Shown: in pieces, positions 40,299 through 49,501 of the stretch | How the letters are laid out: each line of letters starts with the position of its first letter | Numbering within the stretch: the stretch's first letter is position 1 | IMG/VR virus record: IMGVR_UViG_3300028128_000337 | Location: 1 to 64,000 of that record | Direction: 5' to 3' (one strand) | DNA from: a virus | Taxonomy: Duplodnaviria; Caudoviricetes | DNA length: 64,000 nucleotides | Program-made: the position numbers and the translations under genes | Notes under the pieces: generated by a model | What the model saw: only the letters and a program-made list of their open reading frames with translations | Databases searched by the model: none | Told to the model about the DNA's origin: nothing

Positions 40299-40799
40299 AT
40301 GACCTCTCCACAGAAAGCCAAGGGCAATAGCTTCGAACGTGACATAGCTAAGCATTTATCAGATGTATTCGGTAGTAATTTCGCCAGAGTACCTACTAGC
40401 GGTGCGATGACCGGTGGGATCAATGCTCATGTCCTTGAGAAGTTGAGTGACAGTCAGAAGTTGTTGTTAGAAGGTGATATAATACCACCAGATAACATGA
40501 AGAGATTGAAGATAGAGTGTAAAGCACACAAGGTTTTCTCTTTTGCTAAAATTTTCTCCGAAAACAAACAGCTAGATGACTGGATAGCACAAGCTCGTGG
40601 TAGAGATAAGGTTTGGTTTTTAATATTCAAGATCAACCGGAAAGGTACGTATATATGTTTCACAAGAAATGTGTTTAAAACATGCGACAGTCTTGTAGAT
40701 GTCAATCATCTAGTTTACAAAAAATATTATTATGTGACTCATATGGATGGTTTTTTTGAAAAGCATCGTAGTGTTTTGTTGCGTCTTTGTCAAGATTGA
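40299..40799 (+). CDS. Holliday junction resolvase-like PD-(D/E)xK nuclease
   Basis: KAKGNSFERDIAK..RVPTSGA..GDI..IECK..W..QA. Confidence 0.85.
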   Translation: MTSPQKAKGNSFERDIAKHLSDVFGSNFARVPTSGAMTGGINAHVLEKLSDSQKLLLEGDIIPPDNMKRLKIECKAHKVFSFAKIFSENKQLDDWIAQARGRDKVWFLIFKINRKGTYICFTRNVFKTCDSLVDVNHLVYKKYYYVTHMDGFFEKHRSVLLRLCQD

Positions 40800-40813
40800 T
40801 TTAAAATATCCTC

Positions 40814-41395
40814 ATGCAGCATGTGGATCTAAACAACTATGGTATTAGAGTGGTAAATTTCGCTGAAGTTTTCACTCTTGCTTACAAGGAGATAGTCAAA
40901 GACCTGTACACATATGATAAATTTCATGATCACAATGTGAGATCACAGGACACTAGACGGATATATTATTATCACTTGATAAAGCACATGTGTGATTTGA
41001 TAATACATAGCAAAACTGACAACAAGATTGTTATTTTCTATAGTGACAAAGATATCAAGTGTGATTTTAAACAATGTACTAACAGAAAAACACGGAGATT
41101 TAAAAAAGACACCAAGCCGGCGTTTAGATTGTTCATGGATCGCTTTTTCCGAGCGATAAAATCGATGTTACCAGTGAAAATGCATGTAAGTGACGTCAAA
41201 TTCGACACTTTTGTACAGTATTATAACACAAACAAGGGTAAATATATAGAAATCATAAATATCCTGAGGATTCCACCGAATAGGTCGTATAGTACGTTGG
41301 AAAAATTTAATAAGTTTGTTGATAAATACAAATTAACATATTTAAATAAACATTATGTTAACAACGTGAAACTTAAGTGTGTTATGTATAAATAA
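40814..41395 (+). CDS. Hypothetical early protein
   Basis: TTGCGT-17 nt-TAAAAT-6 nt-ATG promoter at 40779-40807. Confidence 0.65.
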   Translation: MQHVDLNNYGIRVVNFAEVFTLAYKEIVKDLYTYDKFHDHNVRSQDTRRIYYYHLIKHMCDLIIHSKTDNKIVIFYSDKDIKCDFKQCTNRKTRRFKKDTKPAFRLFMDRFFRAIKSMLPVKMHVSDVKFDTFVQYYNTNKGKYIEIINILRIPPNRSYSTLEKFNKFVDKYKLTYLNKHYVNNVKLKCVMYK

Positions 41396-41399
41396 TATT

Positions 41400-41990
41400 A
41401 TGACTTTTGACAAGAGTATCAGTAAACATGAAAAAATTTATTTGAACAAGCATGACAGGTCGACTACTACAGATAAATTAGATACACTATTAGAAGGTTT
41501 CACAGATTTTGCTGATAAATTTCACTCAGCAGCCATGGGAGGTGATTCCATTGGAGCTGGTAAACAGATTGCAGGCACCATGCAACAGGCTAGTGATAAG
41601 ATATCTGGTGTCACTTCCGGTGATCGGGCGATGGAGCAGAGCATTAAGCAAGGTTGGACTAACATGACCTCCCAACAACAGTCCTCTTATAACCAACCCA
41701 ATCAAAACTTACAGCAAATAGCGCAAAACACACCAGGGTGGGAGAAATATAGAGACTTAACCGGGTTTAACAGGTATGCAGCAGAAGTTAGACTCAACAA
41801 GCATGTCACAGATCCTCAACAGCGTGAGACACTAGGATTACAACCAAGGAGGACGGAAGTCAAACAAGGTGAACAAGGATGGGAGGACAAAGTGAAGAGA
41901 GAGTGGGATCGCTTACCGGATGCACAAAAGAATTCCAGTCATTTTAAGAATGATTTTACCAACTATTTGAATTGGAGAAACACTCAATAA
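41400..41990 (+). CDS. Hypothetical late protein, candidate internal protein
   Basis: TATAAATA at 41387-41394; LDTLLE|G. Confidence 0.6.
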   Translation: MTFDKSISKHEKIYLNKHDRSTTTDKLDTLLEGFTDFADKFHSAAMGGDSIGAGKQIAGTMQQASDKISGVTSGDRAMEQSIKQGWTNMTSQQQSSYNQPNQNLQQIAQNTPGWEKYRDLTGFNRYAAEVRLNKHVTDPQQRETLGLQPRRTEVKQGEQGWEDKVKREWDRLPDAQKNSSHFKNDFTNYLNWRNTQ

Positions 41991-42008
41991 CATAAGTATA
42001 ATCAAACC

Positions 42009-42344
42009 ATGGATAAATTTATAAGCATTATTGATGAGAATCTTAAAATTCTCAATGAACAGGAACCACCAACAGAACCATCCGGAGATGTGCCACCTCC
42101 ACCACCAGAGACCGAGACACCTCCAAGCGAGTTGCCGGATCAAGACGCTGGTGATGACGACACATCCAAAATGAAGATTGACTATGTGGAGATGATCAGA
42201 AAAGCGTTGATCATGGCACCCAAACACATCGATGACGTGGATTACGCCCGGTTGACCAAGATTGTTGACACAGAGAACTTAGAAGAGATGCAAGAGTTGG
42301 TGAGCAGAATTGTTCGTAACAATTATCCACATCCTGATTTGTGA
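42009..42344 (+). CDS. Hypothetical late protein with capsid-targeting-like leader
   Basis: TAAGTA upstream; MDKFISIIDENLKILNE; Pro-rich linker. Confidence 0.65.
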   Translation: MDKFISIIDENLKILNEQEPPTEPSGDVPPPPPETETPPSELPDQDAGDDDTSKMKIDYVEMIRKALIMAPKHIDDVDYARLTKIVDTENLEEMQELVSRIVRNNYPHPDL

Positions 42345-43495
42345 TGAGTGACCGTGATCTGAGAAATTTGTATGAAAACATCCAACGAGGGGATGAATAT
42401 ATTGCTCCGCGGAGAGCTCATGAGTTGTATCATGATGTATTGTCAGAAAAGCGTGGTAATGATGAGCTAAAAGTATTATGTAAAAAATTAAATGATATCG
42501 GTGATAGAGGATATCTATCAGATGGTGATATTTTATATTTGAATCAATTTTTAGATGCTCGTGCATATTTGCCGGTAATAACTAGTTATTTAAATGATAG
42601 TAACATAATACAAACAACGTTATCAGATAAAAATGCTGTTGAAGGCATAACAAAAATTTTACAATCTGCCGGTGTGTCCGATATGTTTGTCGAATATCTC
42701 AATTCGCAGCTGAGCTTTAACATTTTAGGTAAATCCGGGAATTTATTGGATATTATTTCTAGTAAATTGAGCAAATTTAACATACCACGTGATGTTATCG
42801 TACAGTTAATGCAGTTCGAAGGTACTGAAGGTGGTAGAGGTGTAGGTCAGTGTGAGTTAGGACTTGCGACGATATTTAATGATGTTACTGTTCGAGATGG
42901 TCATGGAGACCTTAGTTGGAAAGGTGAATATCTTGAAGTTAAAGGTAGTAAGGCTAGACTCGGTGGTAGAGATGTTCCACTCACGGGGTTCGAACAAACA
43001 ATATTAGGCTCATTCGCTATACAACATGAGCTACCATTTAGTACTATAAAGAGTGGTGGTGATAAATACAATATTGTTGATACAATAATTGGCTTAAGTA
43101 AAGCCGGGATTCCAACAGCTCAGCTGAAAGCCGGTGTGATTGAATTTGTTAAGAAATGTTATCCAAACTCAGGTAGTGTGCCAATACCAGGTTCGTTTAA
43201 GGATAGAGGTAAGCTGAGAAACTACCTAGAGACATGTTACTTTACCCACTACGCATTAACAGAGGGTGTTGAGCATTTTATTTTTATCAACACAGGTACA
43301 TCTCAAAAGAGTGGTTCAGATATTAAAACACCTACTGCTAACTTCGGTAAATTTATAATATTTCAAACACAAGATATACCAAAACTAGTAAATGCTGGCG
43401 CTATTGGTGCAAGTACAATAACTTCAGCTAACATTTACCCTAGTCTTGGTGCACCAAATGTTAGTCAGGTACCATTAGAGGGGGCGATGGAATAA
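42344..43495 (+). CDS. PD-(D/E)xK restriction-endonuclease-like protein
   Basis: GVGQCELGL...GDL..GEYLEVKG..ARLGG. Confidence 0.6.
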   Translation: MSDRDLRNLYENIQRGDEYIAPRRAHELYHDVLSEKRGNDELKVLCKKLNDIGDRGYLSDGDILYLNQFLDARAYLPVITSYLNDSNIIQTTLSDKNAVEGITKILQSAGVSDMFVEYLNSQLSFNILGKSGNLLDIISSKLSKFNIPRDVIVQLMQFEGTEGGRGVGQCELGLATIFNDVTVRDGHGDLSWKGEYLEVKGSKARLGGRDVPLTGFEQTILGSFAIQHELPFSTIKSGGDKYNIVDTIIGLSKAGIPTAQLKAGVIEFVKKCYPNSGSVPIPGSFKDRGKLRNYLETCYFTHYALTEGVEHFIFINTGTSQKSGSDIKTPTANFGKFIIFQTQDIPKLVNAGAIGASTITSANIYPSLGAPNVSQVPLEGAME

Positions 43496-43496
43496 C

Positions 43497-44825
43497 ATGA
43501 ATTTTAAAGCATATAACAGAGTAATAGAGGAAGGGGGTGCCTATGGTCACATGATGAACGTGCATGAGGACTACACTTTACAGTTTGAGGACCTGCAAAG
43601 AATCATCAAACAAGCGCTGACCGGTGGTATCAAAGGTCAAGTCAAAGAGAAAACTGACGGTCAAGCGTTAGCTGTGAGTCATCGTGCCAATCGTGTGTGT
43701 TTCGCAAGGAACAAGGGTCATTACAAGAACTTTGGCAAGAACGCCATACGTGGTGCCAAGGGCATTGCAGAATTTTTCAAGGAGCATCCGAATGACAACG
43801 TGAAAGAAGCGTTCACATTCGCGGCAAAGGATCTAGAGAAAGCCATCCTGGCGTTGAGTGACAGACAGAAGCAACTGTTGTTCGCAGATGGCAAGAGATG
43901 GATCAACGTGGAAGTGATCTGGCCAGCCACTGTGAATGTGATACCGTACAATCACGAGCTGTTGGTCTTGCACAACTTTCGTGAGTATGATGAGGATGGT
44001 AATGTTGTTGATGGTGATTTTGACGAGTATGGTCGCATGATGGCAGGCATGATCGAGCAGATCAACCAACACGTGCAGGACAAATTCACAATAACCAGCA
44101 TGCCAATATTGAAATTGCCTCAAGTTAAAAATTTTGAAGCCAGCATCGGTGAGTATCAAGGTGTGTTGAGCAACCTGATGACCGAACACGGACTGAATCC
44201 TAGCAACAACATCGGTGACTACTGGGTGAGTTACATGAGCCGAGTGGTTCAGAACGGAGCACGTGAGTTCGGTTACATAGCACAAGCAGATACGCTTAGA
44301 AGAATCGCGTATAGATGGGCGTTCAAAATGCTCACTCCAGGCAAACGTCCCAAAGATTACAACTCGTTAGCGTTGAGCAAGATCACCGAGCTCAAGGGTA
44401 TGGTTGACAATCGAGAGTTCATACAATGGATCAGCGCCACCGAGAAGAGTGGTGAGCTCAAGAGCATCTACAATCGGATGATCGAGCCTCTCAAAGCGTT
44501 GTTTCTCAAGCTTGGTGTGGAGTTGAACAAGAACATTTCCAATCTACTCACACTGAATCCATCACAAGCTGTCCAGGAGATACGACAAGGAATTGAAGAA
44601 GTTACAAGAGAAATTGAGGCGACAGGAGATCTAGCATTGATGGACAAGCTACATCATGAGCTAAAAATGATAAACAAGCTGGGTGGACTGGACAACATAG
44701 TACCAAGTGAGGGTCTCACGTTCACATACACGTCACCTGGTGACAGCGAGCCTAAAATTTACAAATTCACGGGCATATTCGCACCAGTTAATCAAATTCT
44801 AGGTAGCTTAAAATTCAGTCGGTGA
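43497..44825 (+). CDS. ATP-dependent ligase/nucleotidyltransferase-fold protein (RNA-ligase-like)
   Basis: Motif I EKTDG; NVEVI; C-terminal SEGLTF and YKFTG resembling motifs IV and V. Confidence 0.55.
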   Translation: MNFKAYNRVIEEGGAYGHMMNVHEDYTLQFEDLQRIIKQALTGGIKGQVKEKTDGQALAVSHRANRVCFARNKGHYKNFGKNAIRGAKGIAEFFKEHPNDNVKEAFTFAAKDLEKAILALSDRQKQLLFADGKRWINVEVIWPATVNVIPYNHELLVLHNFREYDEDGNVVDGDFDEYGRMMAGMIEQINQHVQDKFTITSMPILKLPQVKNFEASIGEYQGVLSNLMTEHGLNPSNNIGDYWVSYMSRVVQNGAREFGYIAQADTLRRIAYRWAFKMLTPGKRPKDYNSLALSKITELKGMVDNREFIQWISATEKSGELKSIYNRMIEPLKALFLKLGVELNKNISNLLTLNPSQAVQEIRQGIEEVTREIEATGDLALMDKLHHELKMINKLGGLDNIVPSEGLTFTYTSPGDSEPKIYKFTGIFAPVNQILGSLKFSR

Positions 44826-45056
44826 TCAAGACTGTCTCAATTTCTTGATTTTGTCATCCATGTAGCGTTCTGATTCACGTTTAGCTCTAGACAGATCTGG
44901 TGTTAATTTCTTACCTTGTTCATCCATCTCTTCAGCACTCTGCTGTATTTCTATAGCGGCATCCATCTTCTCACCTTCAGTTTCTTCATCCGAAGCCTCA
45001 TATATGCTCATGTACGCTTGTTGCAGTTGATCAAATTCGTTTCTCTTTGTGTTCAT
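44826..45056 (-). CDS. Small late protein with capsid-targeting-like leader
   Basis: TAAATA 6 nt upstream; FDQLQQAYMSIYE. Confidence 0.6.
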   Translation of the reverse strand: MNTKRNEFDQLQQAYMSIYEASDEETEGEKMDAAIEIQQSAEEMDEQGKKLTPDLSRAKRESERYMDDKIKKLRQS

Positions 45057-45068
45057 TGTGTATATTTA

Positions 45069-45437
45069 TTAAAATTTGTCAGATACGCTAGGGTTTGGGT
45101 GGTTCACTTGGAACCCTGCACTTCCATTGTACTGTAAATATTCTTGTGGCTTACCATCCAATCCCGGTTGAGTTTTCACGACCGATGTTTGGTTTCTGTT
45201 ACCATCTGGACCCTGTTCATAATATTCTGAATCGCTCCCCGGGCGGGAGATGCATCTGCCGGTGGTGTCGTCTATCACCGGTGGTTGTTCACCAGGATTG
45301 AACTGGTACAACTCATAAACTCTATACTCAGTTGGCTTGCCGGATGGCCCAATCGCAGTTTTTGTTGTGAACGTTGCGGTGTTTATATCCCCCGCATTGC
45401 CCGGTTTTCGCCAATATGATCTGTTTCCTCCTGCCAT
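45069..45437 (-). CDS. Hypothetical late protein with internal duplication
   Basis: TAAATA 5 nt before ATG 45437; KTxxGxxGKPxEYxxY occurs twice. Confidence 0.6.
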   Translation of the reverse strand: MAGGNRSYWRKPGNAGDINTATFTTKTAIGPSGKPTEYRVYELYQFNPGEQPPVIDDTTGRCISRPGSDSEYYEQGPDGNRNQTSVVKTQPGLDGKPQEYLQYNGSAGFQVNHPNPSVSDKF

Positions 45438-45491
45438 AATAATATTTATTAATTTTAATTGAAATATATCAGTAACAACATAAATAGATAC

Positions 45492-45671
45492 ATGAGCGAC
45501 ACTCACAACAACCTCCTGTCTCAAGTTGAGCAATACATTCAAGATAACGAGAAGTTTTCTGACAAAGGAAACAAAGCTGCTGGTACCCGGGCACGCAAAG
45601 CGTTGATGGAAATTACCAAGCTATGCAAGGACCGGAGGAAAGAGATCCAAGAAGCCAAGAATAACTCATAA
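45492..45671 (+). CDS. Histone H1-like (Hc1 N-terminal domain family) DNA-binding protein
   Basis: KGNKAAGTRARKALMEITKLCKDRRKE signature; TAAATA 5 nt upstream. Confidence 0.8.
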   Translation: MSDTHNNLLSQVEQYIQDNEKFSDKGNKAAGTRARKALMEITKLCKDRRKEIQEAKNNS

Positions 45672-45690
45672 GCTTTACATAAATACTTCT

Positions 45691-46158
45691 ATGCATAACA
45701 AGACGTGGAAGAAAGAAAAGGATTTATTATCTGAAGCTTACGCTTCAATCAGCGAGACAACTCATGAGAATGATGCGCCGGCGCTTGGTAGGGATGAAGA
45801 GAGACAGTCTGATGGTAGTGTTAAAAACATTAAGACCGGAGAGACGGTGTACACACCCAAGGATAAGAGTCAAGCGGATGAGGGTATCGCGACTGATTTG
45901 GCGAACGCTGATCGACCCGCGGGAGATGATCACCTTGAAATGGAGCCCGGAGAGGTACCGGAAGACATAATGGGACATGAACCGGATGAAGTTGACGCGG
46001 AAATTGATTCTTTAAAAAATTTAATTCTCAACCCGTCCAAAGACAAGGTAGAGGAATACGCACGTAACGGTCAATTACATGTGTATGTGGATATGCTTAA
46101 AAAGAAGTTGGAAGCTGCTGAAGCTGTAAAGGCAGCGGTACGAGGGGAACAGGATTAA
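45691..46158 (+). CDS. Acidic late protein with capsid-targeting-like leader
   Basis: TAAATA 5 nt upstream; KEKDLLSEAYASISE. Confidence 0.6.
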   Translation: MHNKTWKKEKDLLSEAYASISETTHENDAPALGRDEERQSDGSVKNIKTGETVYTPKDKSQADEGIATDLANADRPAGDDHLEMEPGEVPEDIMGHEPDEVDAEIDSLKNLILNPSKDKVEEYARNGQLHVYVDMLKKKLEAAEAVKAAVRGEQD

Positions 46159-46314
46159 CTAATCACTAACCCGTTTGTAAGCTAACAGTATAGTTGATAT
46201 TATAACAATTAACGTAAACACGAATACCCCGTTATATGCATGAGAGACATGCTCACACGCACCGGTGGTACAGTCTATATATTTTGTATCAATCTTATTA
46301 AGTATGGTTTTCAC
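46159..46314 (-). CDS. Small (51 aa) single-TM protein below the ORF-track cutoff
   Basis: Translated by hand from GTG 46314: MKTILNKIDTKYIDCTTGACEHVSHAYNGVFVFTLIVIISTILLAYKRVSD; fills the gap after folE2. Confidence 0.55.
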   Translation of the reverse strand: MKTILNKIDTKYIDCTTGACEHVSHAYNGVFVFTLIVIISTILLAYKRVSD

Positions 46315-46324
46315 TTGATTGGTG

Positions 46325-47443
46325 TTATCTCAATCCGGTCGTCTCAAATACATCTCTAGCTACCCCGGCTGAAAAACCTCCGGTTACTCCCTTCACTATT
46401 ACTGACACCGCATTGTGACTGTGTAGACTTTCGTTGTGTGATGCTACAATCTTAAAATCCTTGATACGAGACTCGTTATTTAATTTTTCATACATTAACC
46501 TCACCGCGTCCTCTACAAATTTTAAATTAGATCCATTGAGCTCGGCAAATGCTTGCTCATCTTCACGCTTGACCATCACCTGTGTCTCAGTCTGCAAGGC
46601 CGCTAAACACAACTCCTGTATATCCTCTACCCATAGCATGTCATCAAAACGTACACTCACTCGAGCCACACTCCGTTGACTATGTGGCACGGTAGCCCGA
46701 TTTCGGTATTTTTCAGCATGCTCGCTCAGCTCGAAACTACATGGGCATGCGGATGAATATACAAAATCAAAGTGTATATATTTTTTAAATTCTCCGGATT
46801 TGGTCAAATCACCTTCAAACACCACGTCATAATACTGAAAACCTTCCAAACCACTTCTCAAGCTCTTCTGTCTAATAGGATACGAAGTCTTTAGCATGAT
46901 TCTAGAGTCAAAACACATTAGATTTTTTTTATAATTCTCTAGCACGTCTCTTATTTTGTCAATGCTAAATGTTTCATCCTTGTGATTGTAAAAGCTTCTC
47001 ATGATTCTCGACATGTTAATCCCTTTTTTATGTGCTTCTAGGCTTACGCTACCCGTGACACTAGTTTCTAGCTCAATCGTTGCACCACTTCTCTTCTTGT
47101 ACGTCAATGGTAATCTGAAATTGTGTATACCTACTTGTTGTATCGCCACCGGTGCTCCCTGTATCAGACTTGATGGCCCGTTTTGCAGGTCTGGTAATGA
47201 AGAGATGTACTCTTTATCGGCTGTTAGCTTGTTGTCATACACTCTAATAGGTGACGCATAACCCTTACTATACTCATCCCCCATGATTTTCTTGGCGATA
47301 TCGTCTTTCTCTCCGGTCAACTCGTCATCCCCTAGCCACTCATAATTATTCTCTGGTACACCTTGTGACATCTGCTCCGTCCAACGATCGATTTCCTTTA
47401 TTTGCTCCCGGGAGCGTGTGTAATTACCATTTGTTTCTGACAT
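46325..47443 (-). CDS. folE2: GTP cyclohydrolase I type B
   Basis: IQQVGI, KGINMSR, SACPCS, PHSQRS, VKREDE, FVEDAVR, ESLHSHNA. Confidence 0.95.
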   Translation of the reverse strand: MSETNGNYTRSREQIKEIDRWTEQMSQGVPENNYEWLGDDELTGEKDDIAKKIMGDEYSKGYASPIRVYDNKLTADKEYISSLPDLQNGPSSLIQGAPVAIQQVGIHNFRLPLTYKKRSGATIELETSVTGSVSLEAHKKGINMSRIMRSFYNHKDETFSIDKIRDVLENYKKNLMCFDSRIMLKTSYPIRQKSLRSGLEGFQYYDVVFEGDLTKSGEFKKYIHFDFVYSSACPCSFELSEHAEKYRNRATVPHSQRSVARVSVRFDDMLWVEDIQELCLAALQTETQVMVKREDEQAFAELNGSNLKFVEDAVRLMYEKLNNESRIKDFKIVASHNESLHSHNAVSVIVKGVTGGFSAGVARDVFETTGLR

Positions 47444-47449
47444 ACTTTG

Positions 47450-47478
47450 ATTATATATTATTACATACATTAATTCAA
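47450..47478 (-). promoter_or_regulatory. Sigma70-type promoter for folE2
   Basis: TTGAAT-17 nt-TATAAT-6 nt-ATG. Confidence 0.8.
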
Positions 47479-47500
47479 CTACAATTTAATAAATAATATT

Positions 47501-47935
47501 ATGTCCAAATTCAACTCAATACTAGAAAATCATTTGAACACAACTAGTCTACTTAGAATACGTATCAAACATGACCCGGCTAATGATCCAGGGCAGTTGG
47601 AGGAATATGTGGGTTATGTGCTCGAGGAAGACGGTACTGGTAATATTGTAGCAATCGTTCCCAGCATGGGTTCAGATACAGTGTCGCTCGGCCCGGATCA
47701 GTACCTGCCGGATGCTGAAGGTTGTGGTATCAGACAAGATGAACTGGCTGCGTTTAAGAAGCATGTGGTGAATTTTTTGATGGCTAGGGGTTATCATGAT
47801 GCTGTTAGTAACAGTATGGAGCATATAATACATGCAAATGATGTCAAGATGTTAGAGAATATACTAGTACAAACATGTGGATGTGATTCAGGTGCGATAC
47901 TTGACATGTATAGGGATTTTATACAGGATGTTTGA
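47501..47935 (+). CDS. Hypothetical late protein with capsid-targeting-like leader
   Basis: TAAATA 5 nt upstream; MSKFNSILE. Confidence 0.6.
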   Translation: MSKFNSILENHLNTTSLLRIRIKHDPANDPGQLEEYVGYVLEEDGTGNIVAIVPSMGSDTVSLGPDQYLPDAEGCGIRQDELAAFKKHVVNFLMARGYHDAVSNSMEHIIHANDVKMLENILVQTCGCDSGAILDMYRDFIQDV

Positions 47936-48584
47936 GTCATTTGAACAGCTGTACAACACTATCATAAGCGAACAACAAAATAATGTTGAAAAAATTGGTG
48001 TGTTTCCAGGAGCATTCAAACCACCACACATGGGACACTACGCCACTGCATTGAATGCATGTAAATCCAACGACAGGGTCTATATTTTTGTTTCGAATAA
48101 GTCCAGAGCACTGACCACACAACACATCGCAAAACAAAAAGGAGCGAAAGATTGTGATGCAGATCGATATAGTAACTTCATGAAAAATGACAAATACACC
48201 AGCAACCTGCTGAGTATCAGCCCGGCAGCTTGCGCGCGGATGACGAGTGCCAGTGCCATGCGCGCAGCAATTTCTATAAAGGACAAAAACACAATATTCA
48301 AAAACTTACCGGATGGTGTTGACAAAGATTATATCTTCGGTTTACTTATGATGAGCAATGATCAAAACAACCCAGAGTATGGTCATATCTCAATAGAGCA
48401 GACCATGCAAATATGGTCACAATACAAACAACTACTTTTGAAGCACTCTGGTAGGTCAGATCAAGATATTGTGCTGCAGATTTCCCAAATAAGTCCCGTC
48501 AAAGACACATATGACCTGGTGCATGAGATAAATAACAGTGAGGGTGCTAGAAATACTAGTGTCAATTTATATGTAGGTACATGA
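47928..48584 (+). CDS. HxGH (cytidylyltransferase-like) nucleotidyltransferase
   Basis: IGVFPGAFKPPHMGHY; SASAMR; leader MFESFEQLYNTIISE. Confidence 0.75.
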   Translation: MFESFEQLYNTIISEQQNNVEKIGVFPGAFKPPHMGHYATALNACKSNDRVYIFVSNKSRALTTQHIAKQKGAKDCDADRYSNFMKNDKYTSNLLSISPAACARMTSASAMRAAISIKDKNTIFKNLPDGVDKDYIFGLLMMSNDQNNPEYGHISIEQTMQIWSQYKQLLLKHSGRSDQDIVLQISQISPVKDTYDLVHEINNSEGARNTSVNLYVGT

Positions 48585-49015
48585 TGAAGAGGTTTGGTAG
48601 ATATGATAGTGATTACAACAATCTGTTTGAATGTTACAGTAAGGTTCAACCTGGACTTATACGTGAGGTGAGTCTACCGAGCATGACGCGACAGAAGATC
48701 ACCAAATCACATGGTAATTCATATCCAGAACTAGAAACAGTCAAAATATTCATACAACAACCCGGGCGTGGAGCGGATCTAAGACATCAGGTATCCAATT
48801 GTGAAGTGATGAGTGATGATGGTGATGGGGGTGTTGTATTGACCGGGGAGGATGGTAGGGACACGATACATGCTGTGTTGACCAAGCGAGATGCACAGAT
48901 AAAGGTGATAGATTCTAATGATGGTCATGTTGAGAATGAATTTATAACAACCATACAACCTAAATTTGATTCAGATCAAAAGGAACTTAGAATAATACAT
49001 GTAGAAGAATTATGA
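48581..49015 (+). CDS. Hypothetical protein
   Basis: Overlapping ORF run; DYNNLFECYSKV leader. Confidence 0.6.
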   Translation: MMKRFGRYDSDYNNLFECYSKVQPGLIREVSLPSMTRQKITKSHGNSYPELETVKIFIQQPGRGADLRHQVSNCEVMSDDGDGGVVLTGEDGRDTIHAVLTKRDAQIKVIDSNDGHVENEFITTIQPKFDSDQKELRIIHVEEL

Positions 49016-49215
49016 AACAACTGAAACATAATGAGAAGCGTGACAGTGTGATACTCTGTTGCGGAAGTAAACGCTGCCCGGAACTGTTTAATGCAGGTGA
49101 TGATAAAATACGTATACGTGATGATGATGGTTTTATAATCACAATTTCAAAAGAACAAGCCCGGCTCATTCCTCAAGCCATTGACATGGTGGACAAAAAT
49201 AAAGCTGATGATTGA
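49012..49215 (+). CDS. Small Cys-containing hypothetical protein
   Basis: LCCGSKRCP; overlapping ORF run. Confidence 0.6.
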   Translation: MKQLKHNEKRDSVILCCGSKRCPELFNAGDDKIRIRDDDGFIITISKEQARLIPQAIDMVDKNKADD

Positions 49216-49480
49216 GCTAGTATGTTGTGTGGGTTTGCATTGGATCTTGAAATATGGTACCATCTTGAATGTTATCAGAGATCAAATCACACGTATCAAT
49301 CTGATATCCAGGTTGTTCAAGTGTAGTTTATGTCTTGGATTTTGGTGTGGTGTGATTGTTGCTCTGTTCACATCAAACGACCTGTTAATATACAGTTTCG
49401 CGTCCGCTGGGGCATGTTGGTTCATAGACAACATCAACAACACTCTACAAAGTATAGAAATTAAGCTTGATAAAGACTGA
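49208..49480 (+). CDS. Small membrane protein with CxxC-x-GFW motif (DUF1360-like)
   Basis: LFKCSLCLGFWCG plus hydrophobic helices. Confidence 0.6.
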   Translation: MIELVCCVGLHWILKYGTILNVIRDQITRINLISRLFKCSLCLGFWCGVIVALFTSNDLLIYSFASAGACWFIDNINNTLQSIEIKLDKD

Positions 49481-49495
49481 GACGTATGTTATAAT
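49467..49495 (+). promoter_or_regulatory. Sigma70-type promoter for queD-queE
   Basis: TTGATA-17 nt-TATAAT-6 nt-ATG. Confidence 0.8.
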
Positions 49496-49501
49496 TATTG
49501 T

